Below, one piece after another: positions 8,373 to 17,926 of a stretch of 64,000 nt of DNA. The number at the start of each line of letters is the position of its first letter. Position 1 is the first letter of the stretch. A program made the translations under genes and the position numbers. The DNA is from an uncultured Bacteroidales bacterium (GTDB lineage Bacteria; Bacteroidota; Bacteroidia; Bacteroidales; ML635J-15), in the NCBI GenBank assembly GCA_964511665.1, contig CAZEHA010000003.1, positions 45,880-109,879 of the forward strand. Direction: 5' to 3'. The notes under the pieces were generated by a model that saw nothing but the letters and a program-made list of their open reading frames with translations, searched no databases and had not been told where the DNA came from.

Positions 8373-9551
8373 CTACAATAAACGTCGAAAACGGCTTTCG
8401 TTGGTGAGTTTCATTTCGGCAAGATTTATATTTTCGAGCAATACTACACCCGGTTTGCTATTGGGCACGAAGCTTCCAAGCAGGTGACTGAGACCCAATG
8501 CCCTGGCAGCATTTGAGGTACTCCACGTAAGTATTTCAACAACAGACAAATTGCTGTTAAAGCGTTGCAAAAGCTTGAGTTCATCAATAAAATATGTGCT
8601 GCTGTTACTCGCCAACGAATCGGTACCAATAACAATGTTTGCCCCCGATTTACGGAGCAATTCAATGTCGGGCAGCGTATTTTCGATGTACATATTGCTT
8701 TGCGGGCACAAGCAAAAATATACCTCTTGCCGATTGAGATTGTTAAACAGCAATTCAACAATCTCGCGGTCTACACAGGTATTGTGAACCATCACTAATC
8801 TGCTTGCCTTGGTAATATCCCGTAGCCATGATATCAAATCGTGAAATTTAGGTTGTGAAAACATTTTCGATTTTTCCTGTAAAAGAGTACCCAGCTCACC
8901 GCTACCCTCCTGCAACCACTCTTTTTCGTGCATCGACTCCATAAAATGAATACTATACAATGCTTCCGGTTTGAGTTGCAACTTATTAAACAACAACTGG
9001 CTAAGCGCATAGAGCGAATGCGGCGAAATGCCTGCCGCCAGACCTGATTGTGAAAAACAAGTCAGCATTTGTTGGGCGCTACTCCAAATTGTTGACGCAT
9101 CAACGGGTCTCACACCAAATATTTCGAGCATGGTATGATAGTAGATTTGGCTGGTTTTTTTAATTTCGATAGTGTCGACAGTATTACTGATATCGAGAAC
9201 AGCCTGAATACCTTGTCCATACATGATAGCATCGAGAGCTCTCGATTTTTCTAATCCTGCATCATGTAATGTACCGCTACTTCTTAAATCAGCCATTTCT
9301 TTTATGAAACCGGGCAAACCTATACCCTGTGGAATTGCTCCTTGAAGTGCTGCCAATTCAAGATGCTGGTGCATATTGATTAAACCGGGTAGAATTATTC
9401 CACTATGCATTTGCAGTGAATTAACTTCTCGTGTATTAAGTGCATCAGAAGTAAGCGAAACTATTCTACCGTCGTCGCCAACTTCAAGTATGGCGTTTTG
9501 CAGCAATTTTTTTCCATCGAAAATATATTGGGCAGAGAATTTTTTCATCAT
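8373..9551 (-). CDS. Amidohydrolase family protein (metal-dependent deaminase/chlorohydrolase-like)
   Basis: 392 aa. It has the HxH metal motif (INMHQHLE), later MVHNT and GTDS motifs, and the overall TIM-barrel amidohydrolase pattern. Confidence 0.65.
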   Translation of the reverse strand: MMKKFSAQYIFDGKKLLQNAILEVGDDGRIVSLTSDALNTREVNSLQMHSGIILPGLINMHQHLELAALQGAIPQGIGLPGFIKEMADLRSSGTLHDAGLEKSRALDAIMYGQGIQAVLDISNTVDTIEIKKTSQIYYHTMLEIFGVRPVDASTIWSSAQQMLTCFSQSGLAAGISPHSLYALSQLLFNKLQLKPEALYSIHFMESMHEKEWLQEGSGELGTLLQEKSKMFSQPKFHDLISWLRDITKASRLVMVHNTCVDREIVELLFNNLNRQEVYFCLCPQSNMYIENTLPDIELLRKSGANIVIGTDSLASNSSTYFIDELKLLQRFNSNLSVVEILTWSTSNAARALGLSHLLGSFVPNSKPGVVLLENINLAEMKLTNESRFRRLL

Positions 9552-9581
9552 CTAACATAAAAGGGGCATAATACCTGTTGG

Positions 9582-9944
9582 CTACCAACCCATTAACTCA
9601 GCCTTTTTGTGATTCAGCTTTTCAACTGCTTCGGCATAAATCAGTTTAAATTCAATCATATTGTGATGGGTATAATACAGAACACTCTTTTGAAATTGTG
9701 TGCTGGTTGTGCCATGCTTTGCAAACACCGAGCTATATAACACTGTGTCGGCAGCCAAATCTTTTGGGGGAACAACAGCGGCAGTAAGTAAGCCATCGGC
9801 TAAGTGTAAATCGCATAAAACATCAACCATTTGCTCATGCCCCAACACATCCGAAGGAACAGGCCCTGGTTTATGATGGGTGCTGCACGAAACAAAAAGC
9901 AGCAACAACACAAAAACCGAGATTTTTATTTTGGAAAGACTCAT
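9582..9944 (-). CDS. DUF4296-like lipoprotein
   Basis: 120 aa with the lipobox FVSC. The MVDVLCDLHLADG motif is what I recall for the DUF4296 family. The start overlaps the upstream stop (ATGA). Confidence 0.55.
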   Translation of the reverse strand: MSLSKIKISVFVLLLLFVSCSTHHKPGPVPSDVLGHEQMVDVLCDLHLADGLLTAAVVPPKDLAADTVLYSSVFAKHGTTSTQFQKSVLYYTHHNMIEFKLIYAEAVEKLNHKKAELMGW

Positions 9945-10696
9945 ATTTGAACGTCTTTAATCTTCTTATACAACTTCGAGGCAAACACAAAGTCGTTTAA
10001 CTCCTGATTGGTACTATTAAATATTTCGGATTTATTACCCTGCCACCAGTTTTTTCCCTCAAATATAAATATTATCTGGTCGCCAATTTCCATGATAGAA
10101 TTCATGTCGTGTGTGTTCACAACGGTTGTAATATTGTATTCTACAGTTAGCTCTCTGATGAGATTATCAATCACTATCGAGGTTTGAGGATCGAGGCCAC
10201 TGTTGGGTTCATCGCAAAACAAATATTTAGGGTTCATAACAATAGCTCTGGCTATAGCAACCCTCTTTTGCATTCCTCCACTAATTTCGGCCGGATATTG
10301 ATGATTGGCATTCACAATATTGACACGTTGCAAACAAAAGTTTACCCTCTCGATTTTTTCGGCACGACTCATCTCCGAGAACATATTCAATGGTAACATA
10401 ACGTTTTCTTCAACAGTTAACGATGTAAAAAGGGCTCCACCCTGAAACACCAGCCCCATCTCCTGCCTGATTGCCCGTTTTTCGCGAAAGCCGGCTCTCG
10501 AATATTCACGATTGCCATACCAAACTTCGCCACTATTAATACCGTGTAACCCAACAATCGATTTTAAAAAAACAGTTTTTCCCGAACCACTTTTACCAAT
10601 AATTTGATTCACTTTTCCCGGTTCAAATTCGGCCGAAATATCGAACAACACTTGTTTTCCACGAAAGCTTTTCGATATGTTTTTCACTGTTATCAT
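9941..10696 (-). CDS. ABC transporter ATP-binding protein, MlaF-like
   Basis: Walker A GKSGSGKT, signature ISGGMQKR and Walker B LFCDEP. It is paired with an MlaE-type permease through an ATGA overlap. Confidence 0.8.
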   Translation of the reverse strand: MITVKNISKSFRGKQVLFDISAEFEPGKVNQIIGKSGSGKTVFLKSIVGLHGINSGEVWYGNREYSRAGFREKRAIRQEMGLVFQGGALFTSLTVEENVMLPLNMFSEMSRAEKIERVNFCLQRVNIVNANHQYPAEISGGMQKRVAIARAIVMNPKYLFCDEPNSGLDPQTSIVIDNLIRELTVEYNITTVVNTHDMNSIMEIGDQIIFIFEGKNWWQGNKSEIFNSTNQELNDFVFASKLYKKIKDVQI

Positions 10697-11433
10697 GTAA
10701 GCAGCAACTGTGTGAGAACCAGGTCGAAAAATAGCACAAGAATTATACTATATACCACAGCCCTTGTGCTGCTTCTACCCACTTCGAGAGCCCCTCCCGA
10801 AGTGTAATATCCGTGATATGCCGAAACCGAGGAAATAATAACCGCAAAAACAACCATTTTTATCACCGAGTAGGTAACATAAAAGGGAATAAAGTAGTAA
10901 TGCAAACCATATAAATAGTCGGGCATGGCAACAATACCGGTAACAAACGTCAAGGCATATCCCCCAATTATACCCAGAAATATACTCAGCAGATTGATAA
11001 GCGGGAATGTAATAACAGCAGCAATTATTTTTGGAAAAATCAAATATCCGGCACTGTTTACCCCCATCATCTCGAGAGCATCAATTTGCTCGGTGATGCG
11101 CATGGTTCCGATTTCGGAGGCAATATTTGAGCCTACCCGGCCGGCCAATATCAAACAAATTACCGTGCTCGAGAATTCAAGTATCATGGTATCGCGCACA
11201 CTGAGCCCTATTAAATATTTGGGGATAAGCGGATTTACAAAATTGATGGCCATTTGAATGGTTAATACCGCGCCCATAAACACCGAAACGATGGCTACAA
11301 TGCCCACAGAATTTAGCCCGATGCTGTCGATTTCCGACATAATCTGTTTCAGATAAATGCGCAAACGCTCCGGTTTACGAAACACTTTGAACATTAAGGC
11401 AAAATACCTCCCTATATGAAAGATGAAGTTCAT
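10693..11433 (-). CDS. ABC transporter permease, MlaE-like
   Basis: 246 aa. The polytopic architecture and the EIGTMRITEQIDALEMMG motif are characteristic of the MlaE/YrbE family. Confidence 0.8.
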   Translation of the reverse strand: MNFIFHIGRYFALMFKVFRKPERLRIYLKQIMSEIDSIGLNSVGIVAIVSVFMGAVLTIQMAINFVNPLIPKYLIGLSVRDTMILEFSSTVICLILAGRVGSNIASEIGTMRITEQIDALEMMGVNSAGYLIFPKIIAAVITFPLINLLSIFLGIIGGYALTFVTGIVAMPDYLYGLHYYFIPFYVTYSVIKMVVFAVIISSVSAYHGYYTSGGALEVGRSSTRAVVYSIILVLFFDLVLTQLLLT

Positions 11434-11528
11434 AGAATATTCCTGTTTAACAAAATTATTATTTATGTTCGATTATCGAAAATATTTTTCTTTATTTGAT
11501 AAGTTTTTATTCAAGAGTATCAATTAAT

Positions 11529-12602
11529 ATGAATCAGTACAATTATTGCGTGATTATGGCAGGCGGTATCGGTAGCAGATTTTGGCCGGTAAGCACCAAC
11601 GAAATGCCAAAACAATTTCTCGACATTTTAAACAACGGAAGAACGCTGATACAGCAAACATTCGATAGGTTTGCAAAGATAATTCCGGCAGAGAACATAC
11701 TGGTGGTAACCGGTAGCGAACATAAGCATTTGGTAACCCAGCAACTACCCGAAATACCTCAACAGAATATTTTGGTTGAACCCATGCGCCGCAACACGGC
11801 TCCATGCATTGCCTATGCCACATACATCATCATGCAACGCCATCAGAATGCAAGCATTGTGGTATCACCATCTGACCATTTGATTGTTGACGAAGATGAA
11901 TTTTTAAATAATATTCAGAAAGGTCTGGGTTTTGTTACGCAATACAAGGCATTGCTTACCCTTGGTATTACACCTGACAGGCCTGCTACGGGCTATGGTT
12001 ACATACAAATTGACACCGAGACCAATTATGGCAGCTACAATAAAATTAAATCGTTTACCGAGAAACCCCATCTTGAGCTTGCGAAGTTTTTTGTTAAAAG
12101 CGGTGAGTTTTATTGGAATTCAGGAATTTTTCTATGGTCGCTGCCAAGTATCAGAAAAGCCTTCGAAAGTTACATGCCCGAATTGCTGAACCTATTCGAA
12201 GAAAACAAACATGCATTTGGTACCGACAAAGAAAATGAAGTATTGAATAAAATTTATTCCGATGCCAAAAGCATTTCGATCGATTATGGGGTAATGGAAA
12301 AGGCTGATAACGTATATATGCAAGCAACCAAGTTTGGTTGGTCCGATTTAGGAACATGGAACTCGGTATATACTGTTTGTGAGAAAGACGACAATCAGAA
12401 CGTAAGCCACGGCGACAGCATTGCCTTATTCGACAGCAATGGAAACTATGTGTATATGCCCGAAGGGAAACTGGCTGTGATAAAAGACATCGACGATTTC
12501 ATTGTGGTTGATTCGGGCGACACATTGCTGATTTGCAAACGCGATAACGAACAACTTGTTAAGGAATTATCGGCCGAAGCAAAATCGAAATTTAACCTGT
12601 AG
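11529..12602 (+). CDS. manC: Mannose-1-phosphate guanylyltransferase
   Basis: IMAGGIGSRFWPVS nucleotidyltransferase motif and GYGYI motif. I place the start at ATG 11529, because the track start at 11496 is a TTG. Confidence 0.75.
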   Translation: MNQYNYCVIMAGGIGSRFWPVSTNEMPKQFLDILNNGRTLIQQTFDRFAKIIPAENILVVTGSEHKHLVTQQLPEIPQQNILVEPMRRNTAPCIAYATYIIMQRHQNASIVVSPSDHLIVDEDEFLNNIQKGLGFVTQYKALLTLGITPDRPATGYGYIQIDTETNYGSYNKIKSFTEKPHLELAKFFVKSGEFYWNSGIFLWSLPSIRKAFESYMPELLNLFEENKHAFGTDKENEVLNKIYSDAKSISIDYGVMEKADNVYMQATKFGWSDLGTWNSVYTVCEKDDNQNVSHGDSIALFDSNGNYVYMPEGKLAVIKDIDDFIVVDSGDTLLICKRDNEQLVKELSAEAKSKFNL

Positions 12603-12605
12603 AAA

Positions 12606-12635
12606 ACAAAAATGCCGGTAAAGCCGGCATTTTTG
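12606..12635. terminator. Bidirectional rho-independent terminator
   Basis: AAAAATGCCGG-TAAAG-CCGGCATTTTT (stem at 12613-12618 and 12624-12629, extendable through the A/T flanks), between convergent manC and gldN. Confidence 0.75.
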
Positions 12636-12655
12636 TAAAATATATAACCAATATA

Positions 12656-13573
12656 TTAATATTCCCACTGGTCGTGTTCGTACACAAATAGCATATCCTG
12701 AATTCTCTCTCCCTCGCGTATAGCTTCTATGCCCATGAGATATTGATCAATGAAGCGATTATCATATACATTTGTTTCTGCATAAATGAAGCTACTGAAC
12801 AATCTTTTAAAAAATATATCATCGAAGCATAATCTCTCAGCATCATTTTTATTACCACTACTGTTAAATACCTCATGAGTCACGAATATTTTTCGAAAAT
12901 GTGGGTAATGAATCCAAAAGAGACCTGTAGGGTACCCATTATTAATATTCTCAGTTATAGCCAATGGAGCTAAAGCAATTATTCGAACATCCATTACAGA
13001 ACGCTGCTTATCAAAAACCCACTCTTCCCACATAAAGAACGCTTTTATTTCATTACTACCAATTGGAATATTGAGTTCAAATTCAACCGGTTGCAAATCA
13101 CCATACTCATCAGGTTCATAACGTGTTTCTATTTTGGTATATGTTCCAATTCTTTCTATTCCAGCTGTATCTTTTCTTGACACATACCAATTTGTCATAT
13201 CAATACTTTGCTTTCGATAGTCATAGCATGGGTATTCCTTTTGCTTAATACCGACATCTAAAATAACTGAATACAAAGATCTACGCGACCTATCAGGCTG
13301 CAGACCTTCAGCCGCTAAGTATTCTATTGTTTCGGTAGGAAAATATAGAGGATGATTGCGTTTTTCATTTAAGTCAATATATCGTAGAACTTTCTTTGAA
13401 TACATAGCATCAGCCTCTCTTATCAATTGATAAGGCACCTCCTTTCTAAGCACATCGTTTTCTCTAGGAAATGCACCGTCCAAAACTACTTTGTCATTAA
13501 CGGTTGTGTCTCGCTGAGCCCAAACATTAACTGAAAGAGCTATCGAAATAAATAAGAGAATCTTTGTTTTCAT
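12656..13573 (-). CDS. gldN: T9SS ring protein GldN/PorN
   Basis: 305 aa with a signal peptide. It is the last gene of the gldKLMN-type operon and has the family-typical W/F-rich beta pattern. Composition is atypical (see findings). Confidence 0.75.
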   Translation of the reverse strand: MKTKILLFISIALSVNVWAQRDTTVNDKVVLDGAFPRENDVLRKEVPYQLIREADAMYSKKVLRYIDLNEKRNHPLYFPTETIEYLAAEGLQPDRSRRSLYSVILDVGIKQKEYPCYDYRKQSIDMTNWYVSRKDTAGIERIGTYTKIETRYEPDEYGDLQPVEFELNIPIGSNEIKAFFMWEEWVFDKQRSVMDVRIIALAPLAITENINNGYPTGLFWIHYPHFRKIFVTHEVFNSSGNKNDAERLCFDDIFFKRLFSSFIYAETNVYDNRFIDQYLMGIEAIREGERIQDMLFVYEHDQWEY

Positions 13574-13583
13574 ATCATTTATT

Positions 13584-15224
13584 TTAGAGGACTACAAGAC
13601 TTATTCCTTCGGCAGTAGCTGGACCACTAGCCGTATTAACCCTGATTTTGGAAAATTGCACAATTGTACCCTTCCTAACTGAATTTCTTACAGCTGTAGC
13701 AGCGGCATTATTATCAGCAATTTTTTGTCCATTTATTGTAAAGGTCTGGGGCATACCACCAGGCACTGGGATTTCGATTGAGAACCCAATAACAGAATAT
13801 GAAGCGTTTTGATATATAAAGCCTGGTTGCGGAGCTGCCTTTAATGGCGTATTAATTAGTTCATTTAAAGTAACACTACTATTAGTCCTGATAGTACCTA
13901 GTAATATCATCGGTGAGGGAACATTCTTAATACGGAATGTTTCTGTTCCAATGGTTTTACCATCAGCATTTACTGAAACCTTTACTTCTTGAATACCATT
14001 TTGAATATTATAAATAATATATTCACCCGCCTTTGCTCCTCTTTTCACTTGAGCTCCATGTGCAACTACATTCAAAGATTCCAGTGCATACCCAGCAGCA
14101 GCAACCCTTACAGGATTCTCAATACCTTTGTAAACCACAAGTAATTCGGTAGGAGAAACAGTAGCCGAGGTGGCGCCCACCTTATAGGAAGACGTGAAAG
14201 GCATCCACATGGTTCTGATGTTCGACTTATACTGGATAAGACCACCATAGGTATAGTCGCCAACACCACCGGTAGTTTCGTAAACACCGGCACCATAGTC
14301 GTCAAGAGGCAAAGTATCGTACTTAAGTCCGTCTTTTAGTTTATAATCCCAAAAACCATCGACCAATACAGAATCGTAGTAGGGAGCCTGAGTTGTTAAC
14401 CAAACTGTGGGTCGCATTGAGGTATCTTGTGCTCCAATAAAAATATTGGCAGAATAGGTTCCTCCAGCAATCACATAACCCGATTTTGCATTAACCAATG
14501 CGTTCAAGCGAGATATACGAATATCTAAAGCTGTGGTTTCGGCATTCAGATAGGCAATCATATCGGCTTCGGCATTACGGATATCAGCTTGCAGCTTTGT
14601 AAGCAGTGTAATGGTACCCACCATCGGCATACCTTCGCACAATGCAGCATACCATTCCTTGGTTTCGGTTTTTTCGGAAGATACCTTTTTGGGAGTATTC
14701 AAAGAGTGAAACACATTATGGTAAGTAGTGCTCGAAGTATCTTTTATAAACGATAAGGAAAAGTTCCTGAAATCATCAACCTTTTGCATCAGAATAGGGC
14801 CTTTTCCACCCCTGCCCTGACCAGGCAGCATAATTTGTGGAGCGGCTTCCAATTCGGAAAGTTTCATCCCTTCGGCTCTAATGGCTTCGGTGTGTTCGCC
14901 ACCCTGAGCTGAAGTCATAATTTCAATTTTCAGGTCTTGTACATACTTAAACAATTCGTTTGCACGACGTTGTATTTCTAAAGCATTATCCCATGTAGCC
15001 TGAAATTTTTCGGGCTGGGCCATATACGCTTTGTTAAGAGAGTTATATAAACCTACTGTTTTCTCTTCAAAGTTTTTTGTAGTAGTTTCCATACTTTCGT
15101 TCACGGCAACGAAAGCAGTCAATACCTCGTTCGACACGTTCAACGCAAGTAGCGCTGTGTAGAAGAGGTACATCATACCTATCATTTTTTGCCGTGGGGT
15201 TTCCGGACAATTTGTTGCACCCAT
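13584..15224 (-). CDS. gldM: T9SS motor/stator-associated protein GldM/PorM
   Basis: 546 aa. The N-terminal PRQKMIGMMYLFYTALLALNVSNEVL single TM segment is the GldM signature, followed by a long periplasmic region. Confidence 0.9.
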   Translation of the reverse strand: MGATNCPETPRQKMIGMMYLFYTALLALNVSNEVLTAFVAVNESMETTTKNFEEKTVGLYNSLNKAYMAQPEKFQATWDNALEIQRRANELFKYVQDLKIEIMTSAQGGEHTEAIRAEGMKLSELEAAPQIMLPGQGRGGKGPILMQKVDDFRNFSLSFIKDTSSTTYHNVFHSLNTPKKVSSEKTETKEWYAALCEGMPMVGTITLLTKLQADIRNAEADMIAYLNAETTALDIRISRLNALVNAKSGYVIAGGTYSANIFIGAQDTSMRPTVWLTTQAPYYDSVLVDGFWDYKLKDGLKYDTLPLDDYGAGVYETTGGVGDYTYGGLIQYKSNIRTMWMPFTSSYKVGATSATVSPTELLVVYKGIENPVRVAAAGYALESLNVVAHGAQVKRGAKAGEYIIYNIQNGIQEVKVSVNADGKTIGTETFRIKNVPSPMILLGTIRTNSSVTLNELINTPLKAAPQPGFIYQNASYSVIGFSIEIPVPGGMPQTFTINGQKIADNNAAATAVRNSVRKGTIVQFSKIRVNTASGPATAEGISLVVL

Positions 15225-15262
15225 TTTTTATTGTTTTAAATAATTCAACAAAACATTCAAAA

Positions 15263-16192
15263 TTAATCCTGAACTTTTACGTTCATGGCAGCCAGCATAT
15301 TACCATAAATAGTATTCATGGCAGCTAAGTTCTGACTGAGGCGGCCGATTTCTTCGCGATATTTTTTGGTATCGGTGGCAGAATCTTTCAAATTAGCCAT
15401 GATTTCATCAAGGCCGCTGTATAATCTCTTGGACGCTTCGAATTGTTCGTTGGTACCTTGCAACTGTAGTTCGTATACACTGTTCAAGGCGGTTAAATTT
15501 TTGGTCATGCTTTCGAGCTGGTTCACATAAGTTTTGCCATGCTCGGTGGTGCTTGAATACTCCTGATTCAATGCCTCAGCCATTTTAGTATAACTTTCAG
15601 AAAGTGCTTTGCCCGAAGAACTCACCATTTCGGAGGAATCGGTGTAGGTTGAAGCAAGTCTTTCGGCAGACTGATTCAGTTGTGATGCCGACTTACCATA
15701 CACATCAGCAAATTCGCTAACTTTTGTTGAAGCTTTTTCGAAATTAGCAACATAGTTATTGGTTGCTACTGTTACATCGCTTACATCGTGAAGTTTTTCG
15801 GTGGTAGTATTCAGATTTTTCAAACCATTACCCAACTTCTCGAATAATTCAGGTGTAATTTCGGCATTTTCGATAAGGGCATCAAATTTTTCTAATGCCG
15901 ATTTCTTGGAACTAACGGCTGATTTTTTGTCAACTTCGATGATTTCGTTTTCAACACCTGCCAATTCAGGATAAACCAAACTCCAGTCAACCTCCTCATG
16001 AGGTGGCTCAAATGCGGATAAAAAGAAGATTAGAGCTTCAACGGTCAAACCTACCATAAGCATGATACTGGCTCCCGGTAAGTGTTCGATTTTAAACAAT
16101 GCACCCAACAGTACAACGGATGCACCCCAACCATAAACAAAACCCATGGTTTTTCTGAAGGCTTTACTTGTAACAATTTCGTTAAAATTCAT
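15263..16192 (-). CDS. gldL: T9SS motor protein GldL/PorL
   Basis: 309 aa. Two N-terminal TM helices (GWGASVVLLGALFKIEHLPG and MLMVGLTVEALIFFLSAFEP) are followed by a coiled cytoplasmic tail, and the length is as in PorL. Confidence 0.9.
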   Translation of the reverse strand: MNFNEIVTSKAFRKTMGFVYGWGASVVLLGALFKIEHLPGASIMLMVGLTVEALIFFLSAFEPPHEEVDWSLVYPELAGVENEIIEVDKKSAVSSKKSALEKFDALIENAEITPELFEKLGNGLKNLNTTTEKLHDVSDVTVATNNYVANFEKASTKVSEFADVYGKSASQLNQSAERLASTYTDSSEMVSSSGKALSESYTKMAEALNQEYSSTTEHGKTYVNQLESMTKNLTALNSVYELQLQGTNEQFEASKRLYSGLDEIMANLKDSATDTKKYREEIGRLSQNLAAMNTIYGNMLAAMNVKVQD

Positions 16193-16244
16193 AGTGTTTA
16201 GTGATTTATTGTATTAATACTTGGTTATTTAAAAATTTTCATTG

Positions 16245-17891
16245 TTAATATACCTGAGAGTACGAAGAACCATCTTCGCGGTGACGTCCTAAATAAGCAC
16301 GAACGTTTCTGAATCCGATATACGACTTGGCGGTATCCTGAAACTCGAAGGTTCTGGTACCATTCTGCATGTAGTAAGCAACATCTTTCCATGAACCACC
16401 GCGAATCACTTTCTTTTTCAAAGCAGGAGGATCATCGGGATGTGCATAATATTGGTAGTCGGGATTCAGGTCGTGAGTAAAACTATAGGCCGATTCATCA
16501 TAAGCATTGTTAGTCCATTCGGCCACATTTCCGGCCATATCATACAAACCCCACTCATTCGGATCGAAGGTAGCCACCATAAGCGTTTGCGAACCGCCAT
16601 CGCCATAATAATTACCGCGGTTGGGTTTAAAGTTGGCAATAAAACAACCTACGTTATTACGTGTATATAAACCACCCCAAGGATACATTGAAAGGTCTAG
16701 ACCACCGCGAGCTGCGTATTCCCATTCCGATTCGGTGGGCAAACGATAATCGTTCAGATAATGGTCGCCGGTTTCTCGTTGATAGGCATTTTTAAGATGA
16801 GTGCGCCAAACACTGAATGCAGAAGCTTGCTTCCAGTTTACACCAACAACGGGATAATGATCGTAGGCCGGATGCCAAAAATACATTTTGGTCATAGGCT
16901 CATTATATGAATAGGTATAGTCGCTCATCCAACAAAGCGTATCGGGATAGATATGCACTTTTTCGTGCATCAGATAATCGTAGCGGCCACCTACTTTGCG
17001 CGTATCGAAGTCATCCCATGGACGATTTTTATCAAGTTTCTCTCTGTCTTTTATCGAACCTTCATATTGCCCTGTTTCAGGATTAAAGTGATGTCCAATT
17101 CTTAAACCATGATCTTTCTCTCTATCGAACGTACGGACAACATCCTGATCGATTTTATTCCTTGATGTTTCGCGATAGCTGTGTTTTTGAGCAGCTTGTT
17201 TCAAATCAACCCAATAATATTCGTAGTATAAAGCATCAGTATTCAAATCAACCTGCCTGAAATAATGGTAGGCATTCTTCGGAGGAGCAATATACAACCT
17301 GCTTTGCAACTTATAACCACCACGCAACGACTGGTGCATCGGTATATCAACCGACATCAAATTATTCTTTAGTTCAAGTTCCGAATAATCGAGAGGGCCT
17401 CTCCAATTCAGAAATTTGAACCCGTCAACATCGGGGTCGTAACCATTCAGACTGATGTCGAAAAAGTCTTGCACATCGTCGGGGGCATTCGAAAAATCGA
17501 TATAGAATTGGTTTGCCTCGTAGTTGGTATAGTCGGCATTATCGCTGGCCAGCACAGTAAGAGCCAACGAGTCGCGCACCCAGTACACAAATTGCCGGTA
17601 CTCGGCATTGGTTATCTCGGTTTCGTCCATCCAAAAGCCCTGTAAGGTAACCGTTTTGGCTTGTGCTGTCATAGCATTTGACACATCCTGATCGCTGGGA
17701 CCCATCTGGTATGATCCGGGAGGAATGAACAACATCCCGTAGGGATCGGGAGTGTACCATGTTTTTCTTTGTACACCTACTAAATCACCGCTGCCATAGT
17801 ATCCACCGCAAGCAGTAATAAATAGAGCAAAGACCGAAATAATGATGAGCGACTTTCTCATATTACTATTGTATTTGTGCGACATTTTCAA
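16245..17891 (-). CDS. gldK: T9SS lipoprotein GldK/PorK (FGE/SUMF1-fold)
   Basis: Lipobox ITACGG and a formylglycine-generating-enzyme-like C-terminus (RLPTESEWEYAARGG...GNVAEWT...RGGSW). The start could instead be M11. Confidence 0.9.
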   Translation of the reverse strand: MKMSHKYNSNMRKSLIIISVFALFITACGGYYGSGDLVGVQRKTWYTPDPYGMLFIPPGSYQMGPSDQDVSNAMTAQAKTVTLQGFWMDETEITNAEYRQFVYWVRDSLALTVLASDNADYTNYEANQFYIDFSNAPDDVQDFFDISLNGYDPDVDGFKFLNWRGPLDYSELELKNNLMSVDIPMHQSLRGGYKLQSRLYIAPPKNAYHYFRQVDLNTDALYYEYYWVDLKQAAQKHSYRETSRNKIDQDVVRTFDREKDHGLRIGHHFNPETGQYEGSIKDREKLDKNRPWDDFDTRKVGGRYDYLMHEKVHIYPDTLCWMSDYTYSYNEPMTKMYFWHPAYDHYPVVGVNWKQASAFSVWRTHLKNAYQRETGDHYLNDYRLPTESEWEYAARGGLDLSMYPWGGLYTRNNVGCFIANFKPNRGNYYGDGGSQTLMVATFDPNEWGLYDMAGNVAEWTNNAYDESAYSFTHDLNPDYQYYAHPDDPPALKKKVIRGGSWKDVAYYMQNGTRTFEFQDTAKSYIGFRNVRAYLGRHREDGSSYSQVY

Positions 17892-17926
17892 AAAGCAATT
17901 TGTTTTACGTAATAATATTAATTTGG

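Noticed and set aside
8373-9551. Assigning the amidohydrolase a specific function such as aminofutalosine, MTA/SAH or guanine deaminase.
   Set aside because: Only generic amidohydrolase metal-binding motifs are visible, and the neighbourhood (PAP2 operon upstream, DUF4296/Mla downstream) gives no pathway context. A specific call would be a guess.
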